A stretch of 32,000 nt of DNA from Daejeonella rubra (GTDB lineage Bacteria > Bacteroidota > Bacteroidia > Sphingobacteriales > Sphingobacteriaceae), in assembly GCF_900103545.1 (NCBI RefSeq), contig NZ_FNHH01000019.1, positions 7,994 through 39,993 of the forward strand, read 5' to 3'. The stretch's first letter is position 1. Each line of letters opens with the position of its first letter. Position numbers and translations under genes: made by a program. Under the pieces are notes generated by a model that was given only the letters and a program-made list of their open reading frames with translations, had not been told where the DNA came from and searched no databases. Of this stretch, positions 17,214 through 25,092 are shown in pieces.

Positions 17214-17221
17214 CAAAACTA
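17214..17221 (-). promoter_or_regulatory. Candidate Bacteroidota -7 promoter box (TAGTTTTG on the minus strand)
   Basis: The reverse complement of caaaacta is TAGTTTTG, an exact TAnnTTTG match 20 nt upstream of the PPTase ATG (17193). Confidence 0.5.
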
Positions 17222-17263
17222 TCTCAAATTAATCATAATTTAGTCCAAATCTTAAGCTTATTT

Positions 17264-17800
17264 ATGATACTTTCTGATAAAATTATACTGGAGGAAATTG
17301 AAAAAGGGAATATAATCATTGAACCCTTCCAAAAGGATTGTTTAGGCACAAACTCGTATGATGTACATCTGGGCAAATACCTGGCAACCTATAGAAACAG
17401 GGTTTTAGATGCCAAAGCACATAATGAAATTGATCATTTCGAAATTCCAAAAGATGGTTTTGTGCTTCAGCCAAATACTCTTTACCTGGGAGTGACTCTG
17501 GAATATACTGAAACCCACAGGCATGTGCCCTTTTTGGAAGGAAAATCAAGTACCGGCCGACTGGGAATTGATATCCACGCTACCGCAGGAAAGGGAGATG
17601 TAGGATTTTGTAATACCTGGACATTGGAAATCTCCTGTGCCCAACCAGTAAGGATCTATGCAGGAATGCCTATTGGACAATTGATCTACTTTGTTGTTGA
17701 AGGAGAAGTAGAAACTATGTACAATACTAAGGCAAATGCTAAATACAATAATAAAACTACCAAACCTGTTGAAAGCATGATGTGGAAGAACACTTTCTAA
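17264..17800 (+). CDS. dcd: dCTP deaminase
   Basis: 178 aa. MILSDKIILEEIEKGNIIIEPF..........NSYDVHLG ... FLEGKSSTGRLGI ... TLEI match the Dcd/dUTPase-fold family. Size is typical of Bacteroidota Dcd. Confidence 0.92.
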   Translation: MILSDKIILEEIEKGNIIIEPFQKDCLGTNSYDVHLGKYLATYRNRVLDAKAHNEIDHFEIPKDGFVLQPNTLYLGVTLEYTETHRHVPFLEGKSSTGRLGIDIHATAGKGDVGFCNTWTLEISCAQPVRIYAGMPIGQLIYFVVEGEVETMYNTKANAKYNNKTTKPVESMMWKNTF

Positions 17801-17837
17801 GACTTAACAGCCAAAAAATTCGTATATTATAATCAGA

Positions 17838-17876
17838 TAAGCCTCAGTTTTTTAGTAAATTGAGGCTTAGTATTTT
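17838..17876 (+). terminator. Rho-independent terminator after dcd
   Basis: taagcctca (17838-17846), 14-nt loop, tgaggctta (17861-17869), followed by gtatttt. Confidence 0.7.
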
Positions 17877-17969
17877 AATTACCCGGGGATTCCAAAGACT
17901 GACCATCATGTTGAATAAAAAAACTCATGCCTTTTGGAATTTTCAGGCTTACTTTTTCTAAAGAAAATT

Positions 17970-20678
17970 ATGAAAAAATACGTTGTTATACTATTTTCTA
18001 TAATAGCATCCATAGTTGTTTTGGGTTTTGTCAGGGATGATGAACCACTGAAAAAAATACTCCAGCAGATCGAAAAATATCGATTACAATACCCGCAGGA
18101 AAAAATACATCTTCACATGGATAAGCCATATTATGCCATCGGGGATAATATATGGTTCAAGGCCTATGTGGTTACTGCTGAGAAGAATGAATTATCAGAT
18201 CTGAGCAAGATCCTTTATGTAGAATTGATCAATGATAAAGATTCTGTGAAACAATCCTTAGCCTTGCCTATAGAAATGGGGCTAACCTGGGGTGATTTCT
18301 CTCTTACCGACTCGTTAAAAGAGGGTAATTACAGGATACGGGCCTATACTAACTGGATGCGGAATTTTGGTGAAGAATACTTTTTTGATAAAACCTTTAC
18401 CATAGGCAATTCCATTTCAAATACTGTACTTACTCAGGCAGATTATACCTACAGTAAAGACCCAAAAGGGCAGAAAGTGATGGCTAGTTTAAACTACGCC
18501 GATATGGCCGGTCAGCCATTGGTAAATAAAGAAGTCACTTATCAGGTGGTCCTGGATTTCAGAACTATCCTGAAAGGAAAGGGAATAACAGATTCAAAAG
18601 GTAATCTACTGATCAGTTTCGTGAATAATCAGCCTTTTATATTAAAATCCGGAAAGATCCTGACTACTATCCGTCTGGATGATAAGATCAGTGCCAGTAA
18701 AAATTTCCCTGTTAAATCCACATCAAACGAGACCGATGTAAAATTTTTCCCGGAAGGCGGAGATATGATCAATGGGATCAGTACACGGGTTGCCTTCAAA
18801 GCACTTGGCTCTGATGGTCTTGGTATTGCTGTCAGCGGATACATTTCTGACCAAAATAATGTCAGGATCAGCGAATTTAAATCAGAACATGCCGGAATGG
18901 GCTCTTTCAAAATAAAGCCAGTCGTTTCAAATACCTATACAGCACATATTACCTTTGAAGATGGCTCAGAAAAAGCTATTCCACTCCCAAAGGTTAAGGC
19001 ACAGGGTTATGTATTAACTACTGACAATTCTGATCCGAACGAACTCAAAATAAGGGTCTCCACAACTGAGATGGATCAGCCGGATTCAGAACTTACGCTT
19101 GTAGCACAAAGTAACGGACAAGTACAGTTTGTATCAAAAAACAAGATGAATAGCAGTACTTTCAGTGCCGCAATACCCAAATCACGTTTTCCAACCGGCA
19201 TACTGCAATTAACGCTGTTCTCCCCTAAGAATGAGCCTGTTGCAGAGCGTCTTGTTTTTATCAATCACTCAGATTTTCTTAAAATAAACCTCAGCACCAA
19301 TAAACCTGAGTTCCAAAAAAGAGAAAAGGTAAAGATCATGCTGGATGTAAACGATCCAAAAGGCAAACCTACACTTGGTAGTTTTTCAATTGCGATCGTG
19401 GATGAAACAAAAGTTCCTGTTGATGAAGCAAGCGAAACGAGTATTATTTCGAATCTGCTTCTTAGTTCAGATCTGAAAGGTTTCATTGAGCAGCCAAACT
19501 ACTATTTCACTGAAACTAATGCAGATAAAGTTCGGGAACTCGACAACCTCTTATTAACACAGGGCTGGCGTCGCTTCGAGTGGAAAAATATCTTATCAAA
19601 CAACTATCCATCATTGGTTTATCAGCCGGAAAAGAGTATGCAGGTTAGTGGAAAAGTGACCTCCTTGACTGGCAAGCCTGTTATTGGAGGCAAAGTAACT
19701 CTATTCTCTTCATCAGGAACTTCATTTTTACTGGATACACTGACCGATAATAATGGAGTATTTAGATTTGATAATCTCTATTTTAATGATAGCACAAAAT
19801 TCATTGTTCAGGCAAGGAATGAAAAGGACAAGAAAAATGTTGAGATCCTCCTCGATAGAATTCCAGCTCAACTGGTAACAAAAAACAAGAATGAGGCAAT
19901 GCTGGAGGTCAACGTAAATAAATCGATGTTCGCCTACCTGAAAAATAGCCGTGCACAGTATGATGATCTAAGAAGAAATGGTCTGATCGCCAGAAATATT
20001 CTGCTGGATGAGGTTAAAGTGGTTGATACGAAAGTGGCAGTAAAAAACTCATCTAATTTGAATGGAGCAGGCAGAGCCGATGCCATTATAAGAGCTGAGC
20101 AGCTGCAAAACTGTTTTGACATAGCCCAGTGCTTACAGGGAAGGGTTGCAGGAATTATGGTAATGAACGGCATGGTTTACTCCACCAGAAGCATGAGCTC
20201 CTTCTCGGGGCCTGTACCTATGCAACTGATCCTTGATGGAGCCTACCTGGAACCTGAGTTTCTTTCATCCATAAATCCGAATGATGTTGAGTCCATTGAA
20301 GTATTAAAAAGCGGTGCCACTACTGCAATCTATGGAATGAGAGGTGGTGGCGGGGTTCTTATTATAAATACAAAGCGTGGTGAGAATAACAGAGATTACA
20401 GAACCTATGCACCCGGAATTATGGGGTACAACCCTAAGGGCTATTATAAAGGGCGCGAGTTCTATTCACCGAACTATGATGATCCGGAAATCAATTCAAA
20501 GATCGCCGACCTCCGGACAACCATTTACTGGAATCCGAATGTGATCAGTGACTCGACCGGAAAAGCCAGTGTTGAGTTCTTCAATTCAGATGGAACAGGA
20601 AATTACAAAGCTATTGTTGAGGGAATAAATGTTGATGGAACAATAGGCAGACAAATATTCAGATATAGCGTTAAATAA
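17970..20678 (+). CDS. Large secreted/envelope protein: MG2 (alpha-2-macroglobulin-like) N-terminal region, CarboxypepD_reg-like domain and TonB-dependent-receptor Plug domain, with no beta-barrel
   Basis: The track ORF starts at TTG 17934; the ATG at 17970 (MKKYVVILFSIIASIVVLGF) gives a proper signal/anchor sequence. MDKPYYAIGDNIWFKAYV is MG2-like. VSGKVTSLTGKPVIGGKVTLFS...DNNGVFRFDNL is CarboxypepD_reg-like. LQGRVAGI...INPNDVESIEVLKSGATTAIYGMRGGGGVLIINTKRG is Plug-like. Only about 110 aa follow, which is too short for a 22-strand barrel. Confidence 0.75.
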   Translation: MKKYVVILFSIIASIVVLGFVRDDEPLKKILQQIEKYRLQYPQEKIHLHMDKPYYAIGDNIWFKAYVVTAEKNELSDLSKILYVELINDKDSVKQSLALPIEMGLTWGDFSLTDSLKEGNYRIRAYTNWMRNFGEEYFFDKTFTIGNSISNTVLTQADYTYSKDPKGQKVMASLNYADMAGQPLVNKEVTYQVVLDFRTILKGKGITDSKGNLLISFVNNQPFILKSGKILTTIRLDDKISASKNFPVKSTSNETDVKFFPEGGDMINGISTRVAFKALGSDGLGIAVSGYISDQNNVRISEFKSEHAGMGSFKIKPVVSNTYTAHITFEDGSEKAIPLPKVKAQGYVLTTDNSDPNELKIRVSTTEMDQPDSELTLVAQSNGQVQFVSKNKMNSSTFSAAIPKSRFPTGILQLTLFSPKNEPVAERLVFINHSDFLKINLSTNKPEFQKREKVKIMLDVNDPKGKPTLGSFSIAIVDETKVPVDEASETSIISNLLLSSDLKGFIEQPNYYFTETNADKVRELDNLLLTQGWRRFEWKNILSNNYPSLVYQPEKSMQVSGKVTSLTGKPVIGGKVTLFSSSGTSFLLDTLTDNNGVFRFDNLYFNDSTKFIVQARNEKDKKNVEILLDRIPAQLVTKNKNEAMLEVNVNKSMFAYLKNSRAQYDDLRRNGLIARNILLDEVKVVDTKVAVKNSSNLNGAGRADAIIRAEQLQNCFDIAQCLQGRVAGIMVMNGMVYSTRSMSSFSGPVPMQLILDGAYLEPEFLSSINPNDVESIEVLKSGATTAIYGMRGGGGVLIINTKRGENNRDYRTYAPGIMGYNPKGYYKGREFYSPNYDDPEINSKIADLRTTIYWNPNVISDSTGKASVEFFNSDGTGNYKAIVEGINVDGTIGRQIFRYSVK

Positions 20679-20680
20679 AT

Positions 20681-21448
20681 ATGAACACGATAAAAGTTAA
20701 TATAAAAGATAAAATAGCGGTTCTGTCATTAAATCGCGGCCGTTCAAATGCTATTAACGCAGAAATGGTTGCTGAGCTTCATCAGATGATAAGGAACATT
20801 GAAAATGACGATTCGATTGCCGGCCTTATTTTGACTGGCAAGGATGGTTTTTTCTCTGCCGGCCTTGACCTTATTGAGCTTTATGATTATGATGAGGAAA
20901 CAATAAAAAGCTTCTGGATCGACTTTTTAGACCTGGTAACGGCATTGGTTTCCTTCAAAAAACCAATGATTGCTGCCATCAGCGGACATAGCCCTGCAGG
21001 TGGTTGCGTGCTTGCCCTTTGTTGTGATTACAGAATAATGGCTGAAGGTAAATTCATTATAGGACTGAATGAAGTTCCGGTAGGCATAATTGTTCCGGAG
21101 AGCGTTTTTCATCTTTATTCATTCTGGCTTGGTCAGCCAAATGCTTATCGCTTCTTATTGGAAGGAAAGCTGTTGAATACTCAGGAAGCATTAAACACTG
21201 GTTTGATCGATGAAGTGGTCAACCCGGAAAGTATTTTACATGCTGCTGAGCGTAAAATGCTTACTTATATTCAATTGGAACGTAATACCTGGCAGCAAAG
21301 CAAAATGAATATGCGCGAAGAGCTGCTAAAAAAGGTAAGTACAGATCCAACTGAAATGCTAAGGCCTATGCTGGCACAGTGGTGGTCACCATCTACCCGC
21401 TCTATCCTGAAAACAATTATTCAAAATCTTCAACAAAAATCGGCCTGA
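20681..21448 (+). CDS. Enoyl-CoA hydratase/isomerase (crotonase) family protein, delta3,delta2-enoyl-CoA isomerase-like
   Basis: 255 aa. IAVLSLNRGRSNAIN...DDSIAGLILTGKDGFFSAGLDLIEL and AAISGHSPAGGCVLALCCDYRIM are crotonase-fold oxyanion-hole regions. FSAGLDL.E resembles mitochondrial-type enoyl-CoA isomerases. Confidence 0.8.
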   Translation: MNTIKVNIKDKIAVLSLNRGRSNAINAEMVAELHQMIRNIENDDSIAGLILTGKDGFFSAGLDLIELYDYDEETIKSFWIDFLDLVTALVSFKKPMIAAISGHSPAGGCVLALCCDYRIMAEGKFIIGLNEVPVGIIVPESVFHLYSFWLGQPNAYRFLLEGKLLNTQEALNTGLIDEVVNPESILHAAERKMLTYIQLERNTWQQSKMNMREELLKKVSTDPTEMLRPMLAQWWSPSTRSILKTIIQNLQQKSA

Positions 21449-21449
21449 T

Positions 21450-22343
21450 ATGTATAATGAACCCATGTTACGTGATGATGCCCTGAGTGGTAAAACAATA
21501 ATTGTTACAGGCGGAGGAACCGGTCTGGGAAGGGCCATGAGCACTTATTTTCTTAAACTGGGCGCGAATGTGGTGATCACCAGCAGAAAGATGGATGTGC
21601 TCCTTAAAACTGCAGCAGAAATGGAACAGGAAGCTGCTGTCAGCAATAAAGGAGGTGCAAAAGTACTGGCGGTTCAATGTGATGTACGTAAGCCGGAAGA
21701 GGTGGAGGAAGTTCTGAAACAAACACTGGAAACTTTCGGTCAGGTGAACGGACTCTTAAACAATGCAGCAGGGAACTTCATTTCACCTACTGAACGTCTT
21801 TCAGCCAATGCCTTTTCTACGATCATCGATATTGTATTAAAAGGTACTGCAAATTGTACCATGGCAGTAGGCAAACACTGGATCAAAGAAAAACAAGCAG
21901 GTACAATTTTAAATATCGTTACTACTTATGCATTTACAGGATCTGGATATGTCGTTCCATCTGCCTGTGCGAAAGGTGGTGTACTTGCCATGACTCGTTC
22001 ACTGGCCGCTGAATGGGGGAAATACGGCATCAGAAATAATGCCATTGCGCCCGGCCCATTTCCAACTAAAGGGGCATGGGACAGACTCCTTCCCGGAGAC
22101 ATGGCGAAAAAATTTGATTTTAAGAACCGGGTTCCGCTTAAACGTGTTGGAGATCATCAGGAGCTTGCAAATCTGGCTGCTTTCATGATGTCCGATTTTT
22201 CGGGTTATATTAATGGTGAAGTGATCACTATTGATGGAGGAGAATGGTTACAGGGAGCAGGTCAGTTTAATGGACTTGAGGCAATTACCCCCGAGATGTG
22301 GGATATGCTGGAAATGATGACCCGATCGGCTAAAGGAAGTTAA
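21450..22343 (+). CDS. SDR-family 2,4-dienoyl-CoA reductase-like oxidoreductase
   Basis: 297 aa. GKTIIVTGGGTGLGRAM (TGxxxGxG), NNAAGNFISPTERLSANAFSTIIDI and IRNNAIAPGPF closely parallel the eukaryotic/Bacillus SDR-type DECR sequences as I recall them (NCAAGNFLCP..LSFNAFKTVMDI, IRVNSLAPGPI). Confidence 0.8.
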   Translation: MYNEPMLRDDALSGKTIIVTGGGTGLGRAMSTYFLKLGANVVITSRKMDVLLKTAAEMEQEAAVSNKGGAKVLAVQCDVRKPEEVEEVLKQTLETFGQVNGLLNNAAGNFISPTERLSANAFSTIIDIVLKGTANCTMAVGKHWIKEKQAGTILNIVTTYAFTGSGYVVPSACAKGGVLAMTRSLAAEWGKYGIRNNAIAPGPFPTKGAWDRLLPGDMAKKFDFKNRVPLKRVGDHQELANLAAFMMSDFSGYINGEVITIDGGEWLQGAGQFNGLEAITPEMWDMLEMMTRSAKGS

Positions 22344-22351
22344 TAATCAGG

Positions 22352-22738
22352 ATGAAACGCGTCAATATATCATCAGGAGCCGTGTGGGAGGACATTGTAG
22401 GCTATAGTAGAGCCGTGCGTATTGGTAATCAAATTGAGATTTCAGGTACCACATCCGTTGATGGAGAAATAGTAATTGGCAAAGGCGACCTCTATAGCCA
22501 GACTATTTTCATCTTTCAGAAAATAGAAAAAATCCTCCGGGAAGCTGGTGCATCAATGAATGACATCGTACGTACCAGGATGTATGTTACCGATATCAGT
22601 AAATGGGAAGAAGCGGGCAGAGCACATGCCGAATTTTTCAGAAATATAAAACCTGCAACAAGCATGATCGAGGTAAGCCGGCTGATCGACCCCGAACTGC
22701 TCATTGAAATTGAGGTCACTGCAATAATTCAGGAATAG
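22352..22738 (+). CDS. RidA/YjgF/TdcF-family (Rid) protein
   Basis: 128 aa. The YSRAVRIGNQIEISGTTS...GD...QT.....I..IL.EAG.S..D.V....YV.D ... IEIEV pattern is typical of the YjgF/Rid fold. Confidence 0.8.
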   Translation: MKRVNISSGAVWEDIVGYSRAVRIGNQIEISGTTSVDGEIVIGKGDLYSQTIFIFQKIEKILREAGASMNDIVRTRMYVTDISKWEEAGRAHAEFFRNIKPATSMIEVSRLIDPELLIEIEVTAIIQE

Positions 22739-22778
22739 TCCGTTTTATAATTCGAATCGGAATTACGTAATTTGCAGA

Positions 22779-23060
22779 ATGGGAACACAGGTACAGGAAG
22801 AAACACTAACGCTTGAAGAAGTTTTAGCAGCGTTAAAAGTTAACCATCGCCTTATACTCTGGAACGATGACACCAATACCTTCGAACATGTCATCAACTG
22901 CCTGATGAAATATCTTGATTATAGCGAAAAACAAGCTGAACGCATCGCATGGACTGTGCATAATGATGGGAAATGCACCGTCTTGGAAGGATCTTTCACA
23001 GAAGTTGAGGTTTATCGTAAGATCTTACAACAAGAAGGCCTTAGCGTTAGTGTCGACTAA
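22779..23060 (+). CDS. clpS: ATP-dependent Clp protease adaptor ClpS
   Basis: 93 aa. LILWNDDTNTFEHVINCLMKYLDYSEKQAERIAWTVHNDGKCTVLEGSFTEVEVY parallels E. coli ClpS ([53 protein letters not shown]). Confidence 0.9.
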   Translation: MGTQVQEETLTLEEVLAALKVNHRLILWNDDTNTFEHVINCLMKYLDYSEKQAERIAWTVHNDGKCTVLEGSFTEVEVYRKILQQEGLSVSVD

Positions 23061-23077
23061 ATCAAAAAACCGGACTC

Positions 23078-24016
23078 TTAAAAATAACAGCGGGGCAATG
23101 AGCTGGTGCTTCTTCTTGGTTGAATTCGAAAGTTCAAGACAATTTCATGAGAACCTTTTTCAACTGCTGCAAGTTTTGAAGTTGTAAAATCATAAGAATA
23201 GCCGAGCTGTATATTAGGCGTAAGCTGCATTTCAGCTAACAGGTCTATTGAATCCATTGACCGCAGGGAAGCACCGATCCATAAAGTTTCCTTCAACAGA
23301 AAGTTTGCATTAAGATCTACCTGAACAGGTGAGCCATTTACATACTTGACCATTACGCTTGGCTTAAATTTTATATCTTCCCCCAGATCCTTGAGGTATC
23401 CACCCTGCAAAATAAAATGAGGCTTGTAGGCTGTATAGGTAGAAGTACTGGTTCCCAGGTCCCGATTAAAAAAATAGGGAGATGAAAATCCAGCATAGAA
23501 TTTCTGTGAAAAGAACATCAAACCAAAACCTAAACTTCCTCTTAGCGAGTTCTGATCAGCAAAAACAGGGTCAAATGCCGCAGAAGCACTACCAGTCAAA
23601 CTATATTGACCAACATATTTGCCAATACCTCCATTCAAACCTAGTGCAAAGAAAGTATTATCGCCCACCTCCACTTTATGTGCCAGCGTGCCCAAAACAC
23701 CATTTTCACTAATCACTTCACCGATCTGATCTCTCAAAAATATAAATCCAACAGAGGTGTTTGATTGTTTTATTGGGCTATGAACAGAAAGAGTTTGAGT
23801 ATTAGGTGCACCAGTAAAACCAACCCATTGTTGTCTTGCCAGAGCAGTGACATTTATTGCCTCATCCATCGCAGAATATGCAGGATTGATCACCAATCCA
23901 TTGAACATATATTGAGTGAACATGGCTTTTTGCTGGGCCATTAAAGAAGTATGGCCAATAATGGAAACCAGTAGAGCAAGTAAGATGGGGAATATTGCCC
24001 TCGACTGAAATTTCAT
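23078..24016 (-). CDS. PorP/SprF-family type IX secretion system membrane protein
   Basis: 312 aa. Signal peptide, then QQKAMFTQYMFNGLVINPAYS (the hallmark QYMFN..NPA start of PorP/SprF beta-barrels), and a beta-strand-rich body ending in an aromatic residue. Confidence 0.8.
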   Translation of the reverse strand: MKFQSRAIFPILLALLVSIIGHTSLMAQQKAMFTQYMFNGLVINPAYSAMDEAINVTALARQQWVGFTGAPNTQTLSVHSPIKQSNTSVGFIFLRDQIGEVISENGVLGTLAHKVEVGDNTFFALGLNGGIGKYVGQYSLTGSASAAFDPVFADQNSLRGSLGFGLMFFSQKFYAGFSSPYFFNRDLGTSTSTYTAYKPHFILQGGYLKDLGEDIKFKPSVMVKYVNGSPVQVDLNANFLLKETLWIGASLRSMDSIDLLAEMQLTPNIQLGYSYDFTTSKLAAVEKGSHEIVLNFRIQPRRSTSSLPRCYF

Positions 24017-24300
24017 CTAATCAGATTGTTAAAATCATCAAATCGTCCGGTTCCAATCAGAACCTTGGTTTTTTAAATACTCGAAAATGGACTTTGAGTA
24101 AAGAATTGTTAAGCAATTCAACGGCATCCCAAAAACATAGTAACTGACTGTTTTTACGCTTTATAAGCGAAAAAGTTACATTTATGACCAATAGAACAGA
24201 ATATTCGTATCCATTTAACCCTGACTTAATTCAATAATTTTTAACTTAATTTGTGAGTGCTTGCGAGATATAATATCTACTGGTTCTAAAATAAACAGAC

Positions 24301-25056
24301 ATGTTTTTCATACTCTCAAAGATCCTTAGCTTTCTAATATCACCCACCATTATATTATTGGGTATGCTAATAATTTCGCTGCTATCAAAAGTTCCTTCCA
24401 TACGAAAGCGTTTCCTCATGATTGCTATTGGATTGCTTTTACTATTCAGCAATCCATTCATTATAAATCAATTACTAAATGTTTGGGAACTGAAAGCTGA
24501 AACAACAAGTCCGAAAAGCTATGATGCCGTGATAATTCTAGGAGGCTTCATGAGTGCCGACAAGACTAATAATAGCTATAGTTTTGGAGAAGGAGCCGAC
24601 AGACTTACAGAGGGCCTGATTCTGTATAAAAGAGGATTCGTTAAGAAAATTATTCTAAGCGGGGGAAGCGGCAGTCTGGTAGATGACACACGTGAATCTG
24701 TCCTTGCAAAAGCTTTTCTGGTTGACAACTGCGGGGTACCTGACTCTGTAGTACTGATCGACACTGCGTCAAGAAATACATACGAAAATGCCGTAGAAAG
24801 CAAAAAAATAATGAAAACGGCTAATTTAAAAACTGCCGTAATGATTACATCCGCATGGCATATGAGGAGAGCTTTGGGCTGTTTTGAAACAGTAGGAATG
24901 AATGTTGACATCCATCCAACAGACCGCCTTTACAACAAGCCTCCTCATACACTTGATGATTTCATTATCCCAAACACAAATAATATAATCAAATGGGAAA
25001 TTTTAATGCACGAAATAGCTGGTATTATTATGTACAAAATAAGAGGGTATAATTAA
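24301..25056 (+). CDS. YdcF/DUF218 (ElyC/SanA-like) family membrane protein
   Basis: 251 aa. Two N-terminal TM helices, then DAVIILGG......., ILSGGSG, NTYENA and ITSAWHMRRA, as in DUF218 proteins. Confidence 0.75.
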   Translation: MFFILSKILSFLISPTIILLGMLIISLLSKVPSIRKRFLMIAIGLLLLFSNPFIINQLLNVWELKAETTSPKSYDAVIILGGFMSADKTNNSYSFGEGADRLTEGLILYKRGFVKKIILSGGSGSLVDDTRESVLAKAFLVDNCGVPDSVVLIDTASRNTYENAVESKKIMKTANLKTAVMITSAWHMRRALGCFETVGMNVDIHPTDRLYNKPPHTLDDFIIPNTNNIIKWEILMHEIAGIIMYKIRGYN

Positions 25057-25092
25057 ACCGGACAGCATGTAATCTGCTCAATTTTGAACTGC

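Noticed and set aside
22779-23060. clpS without an adjacent clpA as a possible anomaly
   Set aside because: From memory, stand-alone clpS is common in lineages that use ClpC-type partners, and I cannot judge the partner set from this window. Not reported as a finding.
22915-23187. 90-aa + strand ORF spanning the clpS 3' end and the PorP/SprF 3' end
   Set aside because: It overlaps two well-supported genes (out of frame with clpS, antisense to porP/sprF) and has no recognisable features.
24017-24300. 284-bp divergent intergenic region checked for tRNA/ncRNA, small ORFs (for example the 17-codon ORF at 24184) and hairpins (ggttc-caatca-gaacc, about 24052-24067)
   Set aside because: No cloverleaf-compatible sequence. 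The hairpins are 5 bp or less and the ORFs are tiny with no context. This is most simply two divergent promoter regions.
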